A stretch of DNA of 64,000 bases, from IMG/VR virus record IMGVR_UViG_3300037423_001503; one strand, written 5' to 3'. Below the pieces are notes generated by a model, which was not told the origin of the DNA, made no database searches, and saw only the letters and a list, made by a program, of their open reading frames with translations. The DNA is from a virus. Every line of letters starts with the position of its first letter. The first letter of the stretch is position 1. Positions 16,446 through 24,648 of the stretch are shown piece after piece. The translations under genes and the position numbers were made by a program.

Positions 16446-16471
16446 AAAAAGAGCCGCCCAAGGGCGGCTCT
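16446..16471 (-). terminator. intrinsic terminator
   Basis: AGAGCCGCCC-TT-GGGCGGCTCT followed by a T run. Confidence 0.8.
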
Positions 16472-16493
16472 AGTGACCTGATCCAGATGCGGT

Positions 16494-16928
16494 TTAGCGA
16501 ACGTCGAGCGAGGTCGACTGAGCCGACCAAGTCGAGCCGTCGAGGCAGCGGAAGACCGTGACGTCGACCTTGTTCGCGCCCGTGGAGAGCGTCGGCGCAG
16601 TACCGGAGGCAAACTTGGCAGATGCCGGCCAAGTAACGAGGCGCGAGCCCGTCGCGTCCTGCTTGGTCGCTACGACCATCTCCGAGCCGGCGGTCGCGGT
16701 CGGGAAGGTGAAGGTGCAGTTCGCGGAAAGCGTGATCAGGTTGTAGGCGTTGTTGACCAGCGTCTGCGCAGCGCCCGAGGTGGCGACGATGTTCGACGGC
16801 CGCACCGGAGCAGCGCCGATAGTGAACTGAGCGCCGGTGGCGTCGGTTCCCGACTGAATCTTCGCGAGCAGATCGCGAATGTAGAGGAAGCTGAGGCGGA
16901 ATCCGGACTTGGCGGCAGAGTAGGTCAT
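16494..16928 (-). CDS. virion/tail fibre-like protein
   Basis: QDATGSRLVTWP...APTLSTGANKVDV motif of tail-fibre C-terminal domains. Confidence 0.7.
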   Translation of the reverse strand: MTYSAAKSGFRLSFLYIRDLLAKIQSGTDATGAQFTIGAAPVRPSNIVATSGAAQTLVNNAYNLITLSANCTFTFPTATAGSEMVVATKQDATGSRLVTWPASAKFASGTAPTLSTGANKVDVTVFRCLDGSTWSAQSTSLDVR

Positions 16929-17075
16929 ATGCCAAGGATACGGACGCCTATGACATCTCGATCAGTCCCACCACAGGCCGTCATCGCAAGTCGTCGGGCC
17001 AGTCAACGGACGGACCATCGGCAACTAAGCCGAGAACCGCCCCAACCACGACAACCACCAAGACGAGCAACGCAA

Positions 17076-17285
17076 TCATGCGCCGTCGGCGTGCTCCTGG
17101 GCGGCCCGCTTGGCATCTCGCCGCCGCCCGTGGATGCCGATCGAGACCACTTCAGGTGTACCGGGCATGAAGAAGGTCTCGTATTCGCGCTCGCGCGGAA
17201 CCCCAGGACCGTGATAGATCGAGCCCACCTGGATCATGTAGCGGCCGTCGGCGGTGTAGTCGCCGTTCCAGCGCAGCTTAGTCAC
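17076..17285 (-). CDS. hypothetical protein
   Basis: Operonic ORF. Confidence 0.55.
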   Translation of the reverse strand: MTKLRWNGDYTADGRYMIQVGSIYHGPGVPREREYETFFMPGTPEVVSIGIHGRRRDAKRAAQEHADGA

Positions 17286-17508
17286 GCCGAAGCTCCTCGA
17301 ACCCCAAGTAGGTCTCGTAGAGCCCTGGCGGCGCTGGAGCCTCGTCGGCCGCCAACAGCGCCTCGTGCACAGGGCAGCGATCGAGGTCGCCGGCCTCGCG
17401 CTCAGCGTCTGTGTGAGCGATGCGAAAGCCGTGCTCTGTCAACCAAACTACGTGTCGGTCGCCGAGGCCGTGTGCGGCTTGGTAGGCGACGAGTTCCTCA
17501 ACAGTCAT
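17278..17508 (-). CDS. hypothetical protein
   Basis: Start at internal ATG; overlaps neighbours. Confidence 0.55.
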   Translation of the reverse strand: MTVEELVAYQAAHGLGDRHVVWLTEHGFRIAHTDAEREAGDLDRCPVHEALLAADEAPAPPGLYETYLGFEELRRD

Positions 17509-17770
17509 CGAGGCGTCCTGCTTCCTTGATCGCACGCGAAATCGAGGCTCGATACTCGGCCTCGGTTGTGCGGCGCGGCTGATAGGTCTCCACATGGTGG
17601 GTCAGCGCGTCCTGAGCGAGCCACCCAGCGCGCCACTGCTCCCATTCGGCGAACCGATCCGGCTCGCGATAGGCGAATTCTTCGACTTCTTGGCCGTCGG
17701 CGTCGAAGGCAAGCCGCTCGTTGGCTTCATCGGCGTCGGCGAAGTAGTTGCGTGGGTCGTTTGTCCTCAT
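17498..17770 (-). CDS. hypothetical protein
   Basis: Leaderless start after TAGGGT -10. Confidence 0.6.
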   Translation of the reverse strand: MRTNDPRNYFADADEANERLAFDADGQEVEEFAYREPDRFAEWEQWRAGWLAQDALTHHVETYQPRRTTEAEYRASISRAIKEAGRLDDC

Positions 17771-17819
17771 AGCGGAACCCTACCACCACAGATAGGCGTC
17801 AATCAACGCCTCACAGAGG

Positions 17820-18020
17820 GTTTTCAAGTGGGTCAGAGCCCTCTTGCACGTATTTTTTGGCTTTCTAGAGCCAAATTTACCCCTATTGTTGAACAATCTG
17901 CCCCTTTCAAGTGGTCCGAAGGTGCCCCCTAGGGCGAAAACAGGAGATATCTTCACGTTGAGAGACTTCTTCGTTTTGCGTCAGAATTTGGCTCTACTAA
18001 GCCAAGAATTTCACATACTC
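17820..18020. repeat. AT-rich non-coding island A (shared with 63050-63250)
   Basis: TTTCAAGTGGTCCGAAGGTGCC exact in both; ATTTGGCTCTA / TAGAGCCAA motifs. Confidence 0.75.
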
Positions 18021-18054
18021 CCGAGTATGCGAACCGTGTGCTAGGCTTAGGCCA

Positions 18055-18250
18055 CGCCCGCCTCGGCCGGGGCGGCGCTCGGCAGAGCGATGCCTGGCTG
18101 GCAGGGTAGGGTCGAAGTGAGTCCTCCTCGAACCATCTCCCAACAGAGACCTCACTCACGACAGACCCGACGATCCTCATGATGAGGACGCGCTCAAGAA
18201 GCACAAGGAGAGCGTTCTACGCGGCGTCTCAAACTGCCCGCCGGCCGCTG
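18055..18250 (+). ncRNA. candidate structured ncRNA
   Basis: Downstream of TGCTAGGCT extended -10; nested helices; no started ORF. Confidence 0.45.
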
Positions 18251-18332
18251 AGTCGCTCTCAGTGTTCGCTTCTCTGTGTCAATGCGCGAACTCGGCCTTG
18301 ACAGCCATGTTGGGGTTGCTAGGGTTGCAGTT

Positions 18333-18510
18333 GTCGCCGGGCGCTTCCTTCCTCGGGAAGCACCGACACGGGTCCGGCGGCGCAGGATGAGGGGCGTTGG
18401 ACGTCATCCCCACGGCGTTCCTCGTCCGGGGAAGAACGGACACCGGGGTGGTGGTGGTTCTGGTTTCCAGGAATCGCCCAGGCGCTAGGCCGCTGCCGCC
18501 CCGGGTCCTC
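18333..18510 (+). ncRNA. candidate structured ncRNA
   Basis: TTGACA-16-TAGGGT promoter (18298-18325); multiple hairpins, long terminal stem. Confidence 0.55.
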
Positions 18511-18544
18511 CTCAGTCGGCTCTCACAGGCACATACCGACGCCG

Positions 18545-18754
18545 TCAGGCATCTGGCCTGCACTTATCGGCCAACGTGGCGATCCCAGCTTCGCGGGCGC
18601 AGTCTCCCTTGCAGACGTCCCACCTCGCGCCTTTGGCGTCCACGGCGCACTCGCCGGGCGTCAACGGCCGGTAGCAGATGCAGCAGTAGAGGCACCGGCC
18701 GCCCTCATGCTCAGACGACCGCTTGCCGTGGATCGCGCAGACCGGGTCGATCAT
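18545..18754 (-). CDS. Cys-rich hypothetical protein
   Basis: CAIHG...CLYCCIC; ATGA coupling. Confidence 0.55.
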   Translation of the reverse strand: MIDPVCAIHGKRSSEHEGGRCLYCCICYRPLTPGECAVDAKGARWDVCKGDCAREAGIATLADKCRPDA

Positions 18755-19035
18755 CGTGGCTCCTGTGTCTGGCCCCGAGCGTCACGCACACACTGCTCGA
18801 TCGCCTTGCGGGCCGAGCGCAGCGTGGACGCCGTGCCGACCAGTCCGAGCGCCCAGTCCTGCCAGTCGGCTAGCCGGGCGCGAAGCCCTGCGTCCGACAC
18901 GATTCCGAGGTGGCGACATGCGAGCGCCTGCGCCTCCTCGGTCGTCAGTCCGGACTCGTCACAGATGACCATCGGGCCGTTCTCGATGACGAGCCGCAGA
19001 CTCCCGTTTCGTTGCCATTGTGGGTGCTGGGTCAT
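18751..19035 (-). CDS. hypothetical protein
   Basis: GGAGG RBS. Confidence 0.55.
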   Translation of the reverse strand: MTQHPQWQRNGSLRLVIENGPMVICDESGLTTEEAQALACRHLGIVSDAGLRARLADWQDWALGLVGTASTLRSARKAIEQCVRDARGQTQEPR

Positions 19036-19256
19036 CGGTACCTCCGATAGAGGTCGTCCATTTTGCGGTTGTGCTCCTCTAGGCGCCGCCGATGGCTTCT
19101 GTCCATCGCCAGCGCCGTGACCGCTACGACGATCACAATGCCGCCCTCGGCCAACGCCCAGGCCATCAGGACGGGACCTCTCGCGGCACGACGAGGCCGA
19201 CGCTATGAGCGCAACCAGTTAGTTGCGTTTCTTCGTGTTCGGGGTAAGATGTAGTC

Positions 19257-19484
19257 ATGATGTCTCCTTCTCCGTACTACTTCACGCCTCAGCCGCGCGA
19301 GCGGGTCCCTCGTGAGCATTCTCCTCGCGCCGGCATTGACGACGATGACTGGCTCCGCCGCGAGGGCCTAGCACGCCCGCAGCGGTCGCTTGCGCGCGAG
19401 CTTAGACTGCTCGTTGTGTTCATCGCTGTCCTGGCTCTCCTCTGCTACCTCGTCGGTATTACGTTGATCGCGCTGTTCGGATAG
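19257..19484 (+). CDS. small membrane protein
   Basis: C-terminal hydrophobic helix. Confidence 0.55.
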   Translation: MMSPSPYYFTPQPRERVPREHSPRAGIDDDDWLRREGLARPQRSLARELRLLVVFIAVLALLCYLVGITLIALFG

Positions 19485-19496
19485 ACAAGACTGTCT

Positions 19497-19706
19497 CTAC
19501 AAGTCTTCTTCGGACGAGCGGTCTTCCTCAGGTAGGCGAGATACGCGCGGCTGTCGGCAGCGCCAGTCGTGTCCTGTGTTCTCTATGTGCCCTTCGCCGT
19601 CGTTGAACCGCTTCAGTGCGTCATCAGCCGAGTCGGCGTAGACGACCGCTTCCATGTCGTTAGCGATCGACCATTTGACCAGGTATGCCTTGCGCGGCTC
19701 AGACAT
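19497..19706 (-). CDS. hypothetical protein
   Basis: Operonic ORF. Confidence 0.6.
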   Translation of the reverse strand: MSEPRKAYLVKWSIANDMEAVVYADSADDALKRFNDGEGHIENTGHDWRCRQPRVSRLPEEDRSSEEDL

Positions 19707-19902
19707 CGCTGGCCTTTACGATTTCGGCAGGTTCGACGCAGTACGCTGAGTAGGCGATCTGCTCAACACGATCGTCGTCGAAGTTCGGCATACCTTTGTG
19801 TCCGGCGAATAGCACAGTCTTGGCCTCTTCGGCGTCGGCGACGCCGCTAACGAGATAGGTTCCTGTAACGTACTCGTTGGTGTCGATGAGAAATGACGCC
19901 AT
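19699..19902 (-). CDS. hypothetical protein
   Basis: Leaderless ATG after TTGACG-17-TAGAGT. Confidence 0.65.
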   Translation of the reverse strand: MASFLIDTNEYVTGTYLVSGVADAEEAKTVLFAGHKGMPNFDDDRVEQIAYSAYCVEPAEIVKASDV

Positions 19903-19985
19903 GTCGTGGACTCTATTTGATCGACGCGTGAACGTCAAGGGCCGAGACCGAAGTCCCGGCCCTGTAGACGTGGAGGCTTCCGTGC

Positions 19986-20507
19986 CTAGCAGTCGCCGCG
20001 CTTCCTTGCGTCGGCGATTGCCACGGTGAGCGTCGGTGCTCTGCGCGGCAAGTCGTGAATTCCGTACGGCAGGGGAACCTTCCTCGACAGCGCGGCCTCG
20101 AAGAAGTTCTCCATTCGGCGGTCGTACTCGGCCTTCAGCCGCCGATAGGTCGCCTTGTAGGCCATCGCCGGATCCTCGACGAACGTCGGCGAGTCGACAT
20201 CACCAGCGGCGTCCTTGGCGTTGCAGGCGTTGGCCGCAGCCTGCCGCATGTCCTCCTGAAGTGCGAGGATCGCGTTCGTCTCTTCCTTGACGTGCGGAAG
20301 CTGCACATTCTTGTGCGCCTCGTGCACGTACTGCCGGCCGTCATGTCCGAGCGTCAAGACGAATGAGAACGCCGCGAACACCAGGATCACTCCGACCGAC
20401 CACAGAACGGGATGGCGGGTGAACGAGTTGCCGGCCTTGGCGGCTCGATCCGCCGCCCGGTCTGCGCGATCTTCCCAGATCTCGCGGTTGGTTCGGTTGT
20501 CGCTCAC
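19986..20507 (-). CDS. membrane-anchored helical protein
   Basis: One TM helix then coiled region. Confidence 0.7.
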   Translation of the reverse strand: MSDNRTNREIWEDRADRAADRAAKAGNSFTRHPVLWSVGVILVFAAFSFVLTLGHDGRQYVHEAHKNVQLPHVKEETNAILALQEDMRQAAANACNAKDAAGDVDSPTFVEDPAMAYKATYRRLKAEYDRRMENFFEAALSRKVPLPYGIHDLPRRAPTLTVAIADARKRGDC

Positions 20508-20692
20508 CAGTTACTCCGCTTCTTGTTGGTTGCTCGGCCGATCACGAGGAGCGCGAACAGCCAGAACAGGAAGTAGACCGCCGCGAGCACCCAGGCCGCG
20601 ACCGCGGCCTCGTGCGTCCCGTTGAACCACTGCGGGTTCTTGTCAACGACCGCGCCGCCAACGACGAGGACCGCCATGATGATGAACTGCAT
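20504..20692 (-). CDS. small two-TM membrane protein
   Basis: Hydrophobic, basic C-terminus. Confidence 0.65.
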   Translation of the reverse strand: MQFIIMAVLVVGGAVVDKNPQWFNGTHEAAVAAWVLAAVYFLFWLFALLVIGRATNKKRSNW

Positions 20693-21316
20693 CTACTGGC
20701 CTCCGATTGCTGCTTCGATGATGCGCTGCGCCTCCGCCGGCCGACCCGCCTTGAGCGCTGCCTGGGCAGCGGCGTCCGCGGCTCCGAGGTCGTGATCGAC
20801 GGTCAGTGACATCTTGGTCTGCTTGCGCTGGAACTCGGTCGGCTTGTTCGAGCAGTACGTCTCCAGGTTGAAGAAGTCCACGTATGCACCGCCGGGCGTG
20901 AAGCCGTAGCGGTAGCCGGGCGGGTTCGGATGGTAGAGACCGTCAACGCTGCGCGACGGAACCACCACCGGCCCCTCGAATCGGTCGTCGATCTGCTCAG
21001 GCGAGAAGAACGTTGTGCTCGACGAGGTCAGCTTGCCCGTCACCGGCACCGTTACCAGGGGCGACGACGGGTTGTTGAAGCTGAACGTACACCAGAGGAT
21101 GTTCGACGGGTCGTCGTACACCTGCTGGGCGCGATTGTAGTTATGGAACTCGACGTCGTGGCTCGGCACGTAGGGCGTTCGCTGATGAGCCTTGTGGACG
21201 ATCGTGTCCTTGGCTCGCTGCTCGGGCGTCCGATGGTCGGTTGTCTCGCCGCCGCATCCGGCGGCAGCGAGGCCGCCCACTGCGAGCACTGACATCATCG
21301 CGAGAAGGCGCTTCAT
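20693..21316 (-). CDS. lipoprotein
   Basis: Lipobox AAGC; paralog of 21813..22457. Confidence 0.75.
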   Translation of the reverse strand: MKRLLAMMSVLAVGGLAAAGCGGETTDHRTPEQRAKDTIVHKAHQRTPYVPSHDVEFHNYNRAQQVYDDPSNILWCTFSFNNPSSPLVTVPVTGKLTSSSTTFFSPEQIDDRFEGPVVVPSRSVDGLYHPNPPGYRYGFTPGGAYVDFFNLETYCSNKPTEFQRKQTKMSLTVDHDLGAADAAAQAALKAGRPAEAQRIIEAAIGGQ

Positions 21317-21567
21317 GTGATCACCAGATCCCGCACGAAGCCGCCATACTCGGACTGCTCGGCCTTACGAACCCTGAACACGCCGACCTCCTGGTGACCG
21401 CCTTCGGCATTGGCGACCACATAGACGCCTCCGTGCTTGATGAGCCCATGGGCGTCGTTGGCCTCGTATCGCCTGAGCGCGTCCTCGGGCGAGTCTCCGT
21501 CTTGGGTGTAGATCCACCCCTCGTAGCGGCCAGTTGCGTTGATGTTCCAGATTTGGTATTCGTTCAT
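21313..21567 (-). CDS. hypothetical protein
   Basis: Paralog of 21567..21812. Confidence 0.7.
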   Translation of the reverse strand: MNEYQIWNINATGRYEGWIYTQDGDSPEDALRRYEANDAHGLIKHGGVYVVANAEGGHQEVGVFRVRKAEQSEYGGFVRDLVIT

Positions 21568-21812
21568 CAGAGATCGATCACCTGTAGGATTGCAGGTTCG
21601 ACATCGGCCTTGGCCTTGCGAATCTTGAAGATCCCGACCCCGTTGTGCTGTCCGTCGTGGTTTGCGACCACGACTACATCTCCGTTGAGGAAGAGGCCTG
21701 GAGACTTGACATTCGCCGCCCGCAGCGCGTCCTTAGGGGTGGTGCCCTCGGCGGTGCCCATCTTCCAGGTAACGGGCTTCGGGTCGACCTTCCAGATGTG
21801 GTAGTTGTTCAT
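21567..21812 (-). CDS. hypothetical protein
   Basis: Paralog of 21313..21567. Confidence 0.7.
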   Translation of the reverse strand: MNNYHIWKVDPKPVTWKMGTAEGTTPKDALRAANVKSPGLFLNGDVVVVANHDGQHNGVGIFKIRKAKADVEPAILQVIDL

Positions 21813-22457
21813 CTACTTACCCGAATCGAGAGCGTTGAGTGCTCGCTGTGCGCCGGCTCGATCGCCTCGTGCGAGCGCCGCCTCGGCGGCCTGGTCGGCG
21901 GCCTTCGCCTGTGCGTCTACCGTGATGGCGACCTTGGTGGTCTGGCGCTGGAAGCTCGTCAACGCGGTCGTGCACAGCGTGGGCATGTTGAAGAAGTCCA
22001 TGTACTGGCCGCCCGGCGTGAAGCCGTAGCGATATGGCGGAGGCGAGCCGTGGTACATGCCGTCGACAGACCGCCGCTCTGGCGTGTACTCGGGGTGAGC
22101 GGCGTTGTGATCGCCTCGCCAGGCACGCGACGACGGGAAAAACGAGACGCTCGACGAGGTCAGCTTGCCGGCGATCGGGATCGTCACCAACGGCGCGCTC
22201 GCGTTGCCCCACGTGGTGGTGCACCAGATGATCGTGTTGGGGTTCGCGTAGAGACGCTGCGCAGCCGTGTAGTTCTTGAACTCCGGCGACGGCCAGGTCG
22301 GTACGAACGGACGCGTCGTGTTCGAGCGGGCGTCGATCTGGGAGAGGATGTCTCCGGCGTTGTCGGCGACCGACACGGCGAGCGTGCCTCCGCAGCCTGC
22401 GGCGAGTACTAGCAGCGCGGCCAACCAGGCCGGGCTGATCTTCTTCAGGATCTTCAA
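21813..22457 (-). CDS. lipoprotein
   Basis: GAAAGGAG RBS, TTG start, lipobox AAGC; TTGACA-17-TAATGT promoter upstream. Confidence 0.75.
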   Translation of the reverse strand: MKILKKISPAWLAALLVLAAGCGGTLAVSVADNAGDILSQIDARSNTTRPFVPTWPSPEFKNYTAAQRLYANPNTIIWCTTTWGNASAPLVTIPIAGKLTSSSVSFFPSSRAWRGDHNAAHPEYTPERRSVDGMYHGSPPPYRYGFTPGGQYMDFFNMPTLCTTALTSFQRQTTKVAITVDAQAKAADQAAEAALARGDRAGAQRALNALDSGK

Positions 22458-22526
22458 GGTTCTCCTTTCAGGAGTGGAGTAGATGTCGCGAACATTAGCC
22501 GGTCCGCGTCGGCGTGTCAAGTCTTT

Positions 22527-22822
22527 GCTAGCCTCGATAGCCGGGGTTCTGTTCCGCCATCGGCGGCGCTGACCATCTATCTACGCCTTGCGGCGTCCGT
22601 CATCTCTCAACGTGACGGTTCTCTCACCATGACCTCCTCCGGATGTCCTCAGGAGGTCGAACTTGAGATCTCATCCAGGCCTCGGCGAACTGCTGGCTTA
22701 TTAGGCTTTGCTCTCGTGGTCCAAGCGGTCAAAGACCTCCCACCGGCCGATTACGCCGAGTTAGCCTCGACGTGGATGCCCCGAACTTCCTCTACGTCTC
22801 CGCAGCGGCCAGCCCGGCTAGC
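22527..22822 (-). ncRNA. rnpB: RNase P RNA (compact, type A-like catalytic domain)
   Basis: P1 GCTAGCC/GGCTAGC; GAGGAAGTTCGGG and ACAGAACCCCGGCTA forming P4 with bulged U; TAGATAGATGG before P2; P3, P5, P15(GGT), P18(GCAA), P19; own promoter TTGAAC-16-TAGAGT. Confidence 0.88.
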
Positions 22823-23024
22823 CCTGTGACTCTAGCAGATATCTGATCTGGTTCAAGGCTCGCATGGCGTCCACTTCGGGCGCTCCGCCGTCAGGAGAGT
22901 CCGCACCGGCGATTCTCATCAACGACAACACCGCGCAGACGAGCGTCGTGTCCTCGAACTTCAGTAGTTCCTTGGACGGCGCGGCCTCGTAGACCTCATC
23001 GACGGAGAAGCGCGTGAACATCAC
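22818..23024 (-). CDS. hypothetical protein
   Basis: Operonic; its 3' end carries the RNase P RNA promoter. Confidence 0.55.
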   Translation of the reverse strand: MMFTRFSVDEVYEAAPSKELLKFEDTTLVCAVLSLMRIAGADSPDGGAPEVDAMRALNQIRYLLESQG

Positions 23025-23227
23025 TCTGATGGGTAGAGAAATTGGAATGCCGCGGGATCAAAGGAGAAGCCGAAGTGGTGGATCTCATCATCTACGCGTT
23101 GGAGCACCAGTGTTCCAAGTCCCGGAATCACGACGTCGATGTCCTGCTCAGTCTTCCCATCTCCGTAGTCTCGTGGCTCGTGGTAGTCGATCTCGGCGTC
23201 GGTCTGTCTCGTATCAACAGGGCGCAC
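23021..23227 (-). CDS. hypothetical protein
   Basis: Operonic overlap. Confidence 0.55.
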   Translation of the reverse strand: MRPVDTRQTDAEIDYHEPRDYGDGKTEQDIDVVIPGLGTLVLQRVDDEIHHFGFSFDPAAFQFLYPSE

Positions 23228-23759
23228 AAAGACGGCTTTCTAGGGCTAGATGCCTCTGTAGAGCGCCGAGCCCGATCAGGAGCTTGGCGTTGTCGGCTAT
23301 GTCGATCATGTCTTCGATATCGCGTAGTTCGACGCCGAACGACCGCACGTCTTCGTCGACATCGTATTCGACGCCTTCTGCTTTCGAAAGCCCGGTCGCC
23401 AAGTAGAGATGCGTGAACTCGTCGGTGATGCCCTCAGAGGTGTAGAAGGCAGCGACGCGCAGCCATCGCTGCGCAGCCAGCCCGAACTCCTCGGCAAGCT
23501 CGCGCTTAGCCGCCGCCATTGGCTGCTCGCCTTCGTCGATCTTGCCCGCGCAGAGCGAGACAACGCGCCGGCCAGTGACCTCGCGTGGCTGCTCGCCGAC
23601 GTAGAAGAACTCGTCATCAAAGGGCAGCACCGCGACAACATCGCCAGGCGTGACCCACTCTCGCTCGACAGTCGACCCGTCTTCGCGCTGGAAGACGCCC
23701 CACTTGACCGTAAACCGCCGGCCCTCGTAATGTGTCTTCTCAAGAAGCTTCTTGATCAT
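23214..23759 (-). CDS. Nudix hydrolase (ADP-ribose pyrophosphatase-like)
   Basis: Nudix box AGKIDEGEQPMAAAKRELAEEFG; YTSEGITDE. Confidence 0.9.
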   Translation of the reverse strand: MIKKLLEKTHYEGRRFTVKWGVFQREDGSTVEREWVTPGDVVAVLPFDDEFFYVGEQPREVTGRRVVSLCAGKIDEGEQPMAAAKRELAEEFGLAAQRWLRVAAFYTSEGITDEFTHLYLATGLSKAEGVEYDVDEDVRSFGVELRDIEDMIDIADNAKLLIGLGALQRHLALESRLCAPC

Positions 23760-24037
23760 CGAGACAACTCCTTCCATCGATTGACGCGGGCAACGAGATC
23801 AGGCCGGCCCCAGAAGTTCGGCGACGTAGCTCGAACTGTGTCGGCAGCGTCTTCGAGCGCGCCCTGCAAGGCCTGCATGAGAGGCGCAAGCTCTTCGTAG
23901 ACGTAGTCGGCGTATCGATCAGCATCGATCGAGGGCATGCGATAGTCGGCAGCGAGGGAGCGCTCAAGCTCTTCGTAGTCGTCCCAGATTCGGTTGGCGG
24001 CGCGATCCAAGGCTGCGTTGATGTCAGTCGCGGACAA
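23756..24037 (-). CDS. hypothetical protein
   Basis: Operonic ORF. Confidence 0.6.
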   Translation of the reverse strand: MSATDINAALDRAANRIWDDYEELERSLAADYRMPSIDADRYADYVYEELAPLMQALQGALEDAADTVRATSPNFWGRPDLVARVNRWKELSR

Positions 24038-24314
24038 CGGTGAACCTCGCAGTTGATGTGTTGGCTTCGATGTAGTCGTGCTCGTCCTGCGCGCTTTCGA
24101 TCTTCAGCCGCAGCGCTTCGATGGCGCGCTCTTCGGTCTTGTGCCCGCGCACCGCGTACGAGCGCGGAAAACGCGCCCGCCGAACACGGCGTCCTTCGTC
24201 ATCGACCGCCGGCTTGATCTCCGTGGCCTCGGCCGACCACACCCACTTACGACCGAACGTGACATGCCGGCGCTCGGGATAGACACGGACCGTGAACTCG
24301 ATCTCAGCCGACAT
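24024..24314 (-). CDS. hypothetical protein
   Basis: Operonic ORF. Confidence 0.6.
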   Translation of the reverse strand: MSAEIEFTVRVYPERRHVTFGRKWVWSAEATEIKPAVDDEGRRVRRARFPRSYAVRGHKTEERAIEALRLKIESAQDEHDYIEANTSTARFTVVRD

Positions 24315-24540
24315 TGCGGACCACCGTAAGTAGCTCACGCGCGACGTCTGTGCCGTGCTTCTCGCTGGCCTCGATGCCGGCCTCGAAACCCTTCAGGTAG
24401 GCCTCGCGTTCGCCGTCTGTGCGTCGAACGATCGTGCTTTCTGCGCTCGTCCCAGACCAGCCGCGGCTGCCAACGTTGTGCGGACAGTCAGGCCAGTGCG
24501 TGCCTGTGTGGGTGCCGCAGGGGCAGGAGTCAGCGCCCAC
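24304..24540 (-). CDS. hypothetical protein
   Basis: CPCG..H..DCP Zn motif. Confidence 0.55.
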   Translation of the reverse strand: MGADSCPCGTHTGTHWPDCPHNVGSRGWSGTSAESTIVRRTDGEREAYLKGFEAGIEASEKHGTDVARELLTVVRNVG

Positions 24541-24648
24541 GGAGATACTCCGTGTACGAACAGCGCGTGCAGTGCATCTCAGTGAAGTCGTGCGTGAAGT
24601 CTGGGTGACCGCAGAATGGCCGCCGAAGCCACCGCAAGATGAAGTCCA

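Noticed and set aside
18175-18236. Hammerhead ribozyme (ATGATGAG...CAAAC)
   Set aside because: Core deviates from CUGAUGA/GAAA at essential positions
22629-22829. 66-aa plus-strand ORF
   Set aside because: Lies antisense to the RNase P RNA, which explains the sequence; no RBS
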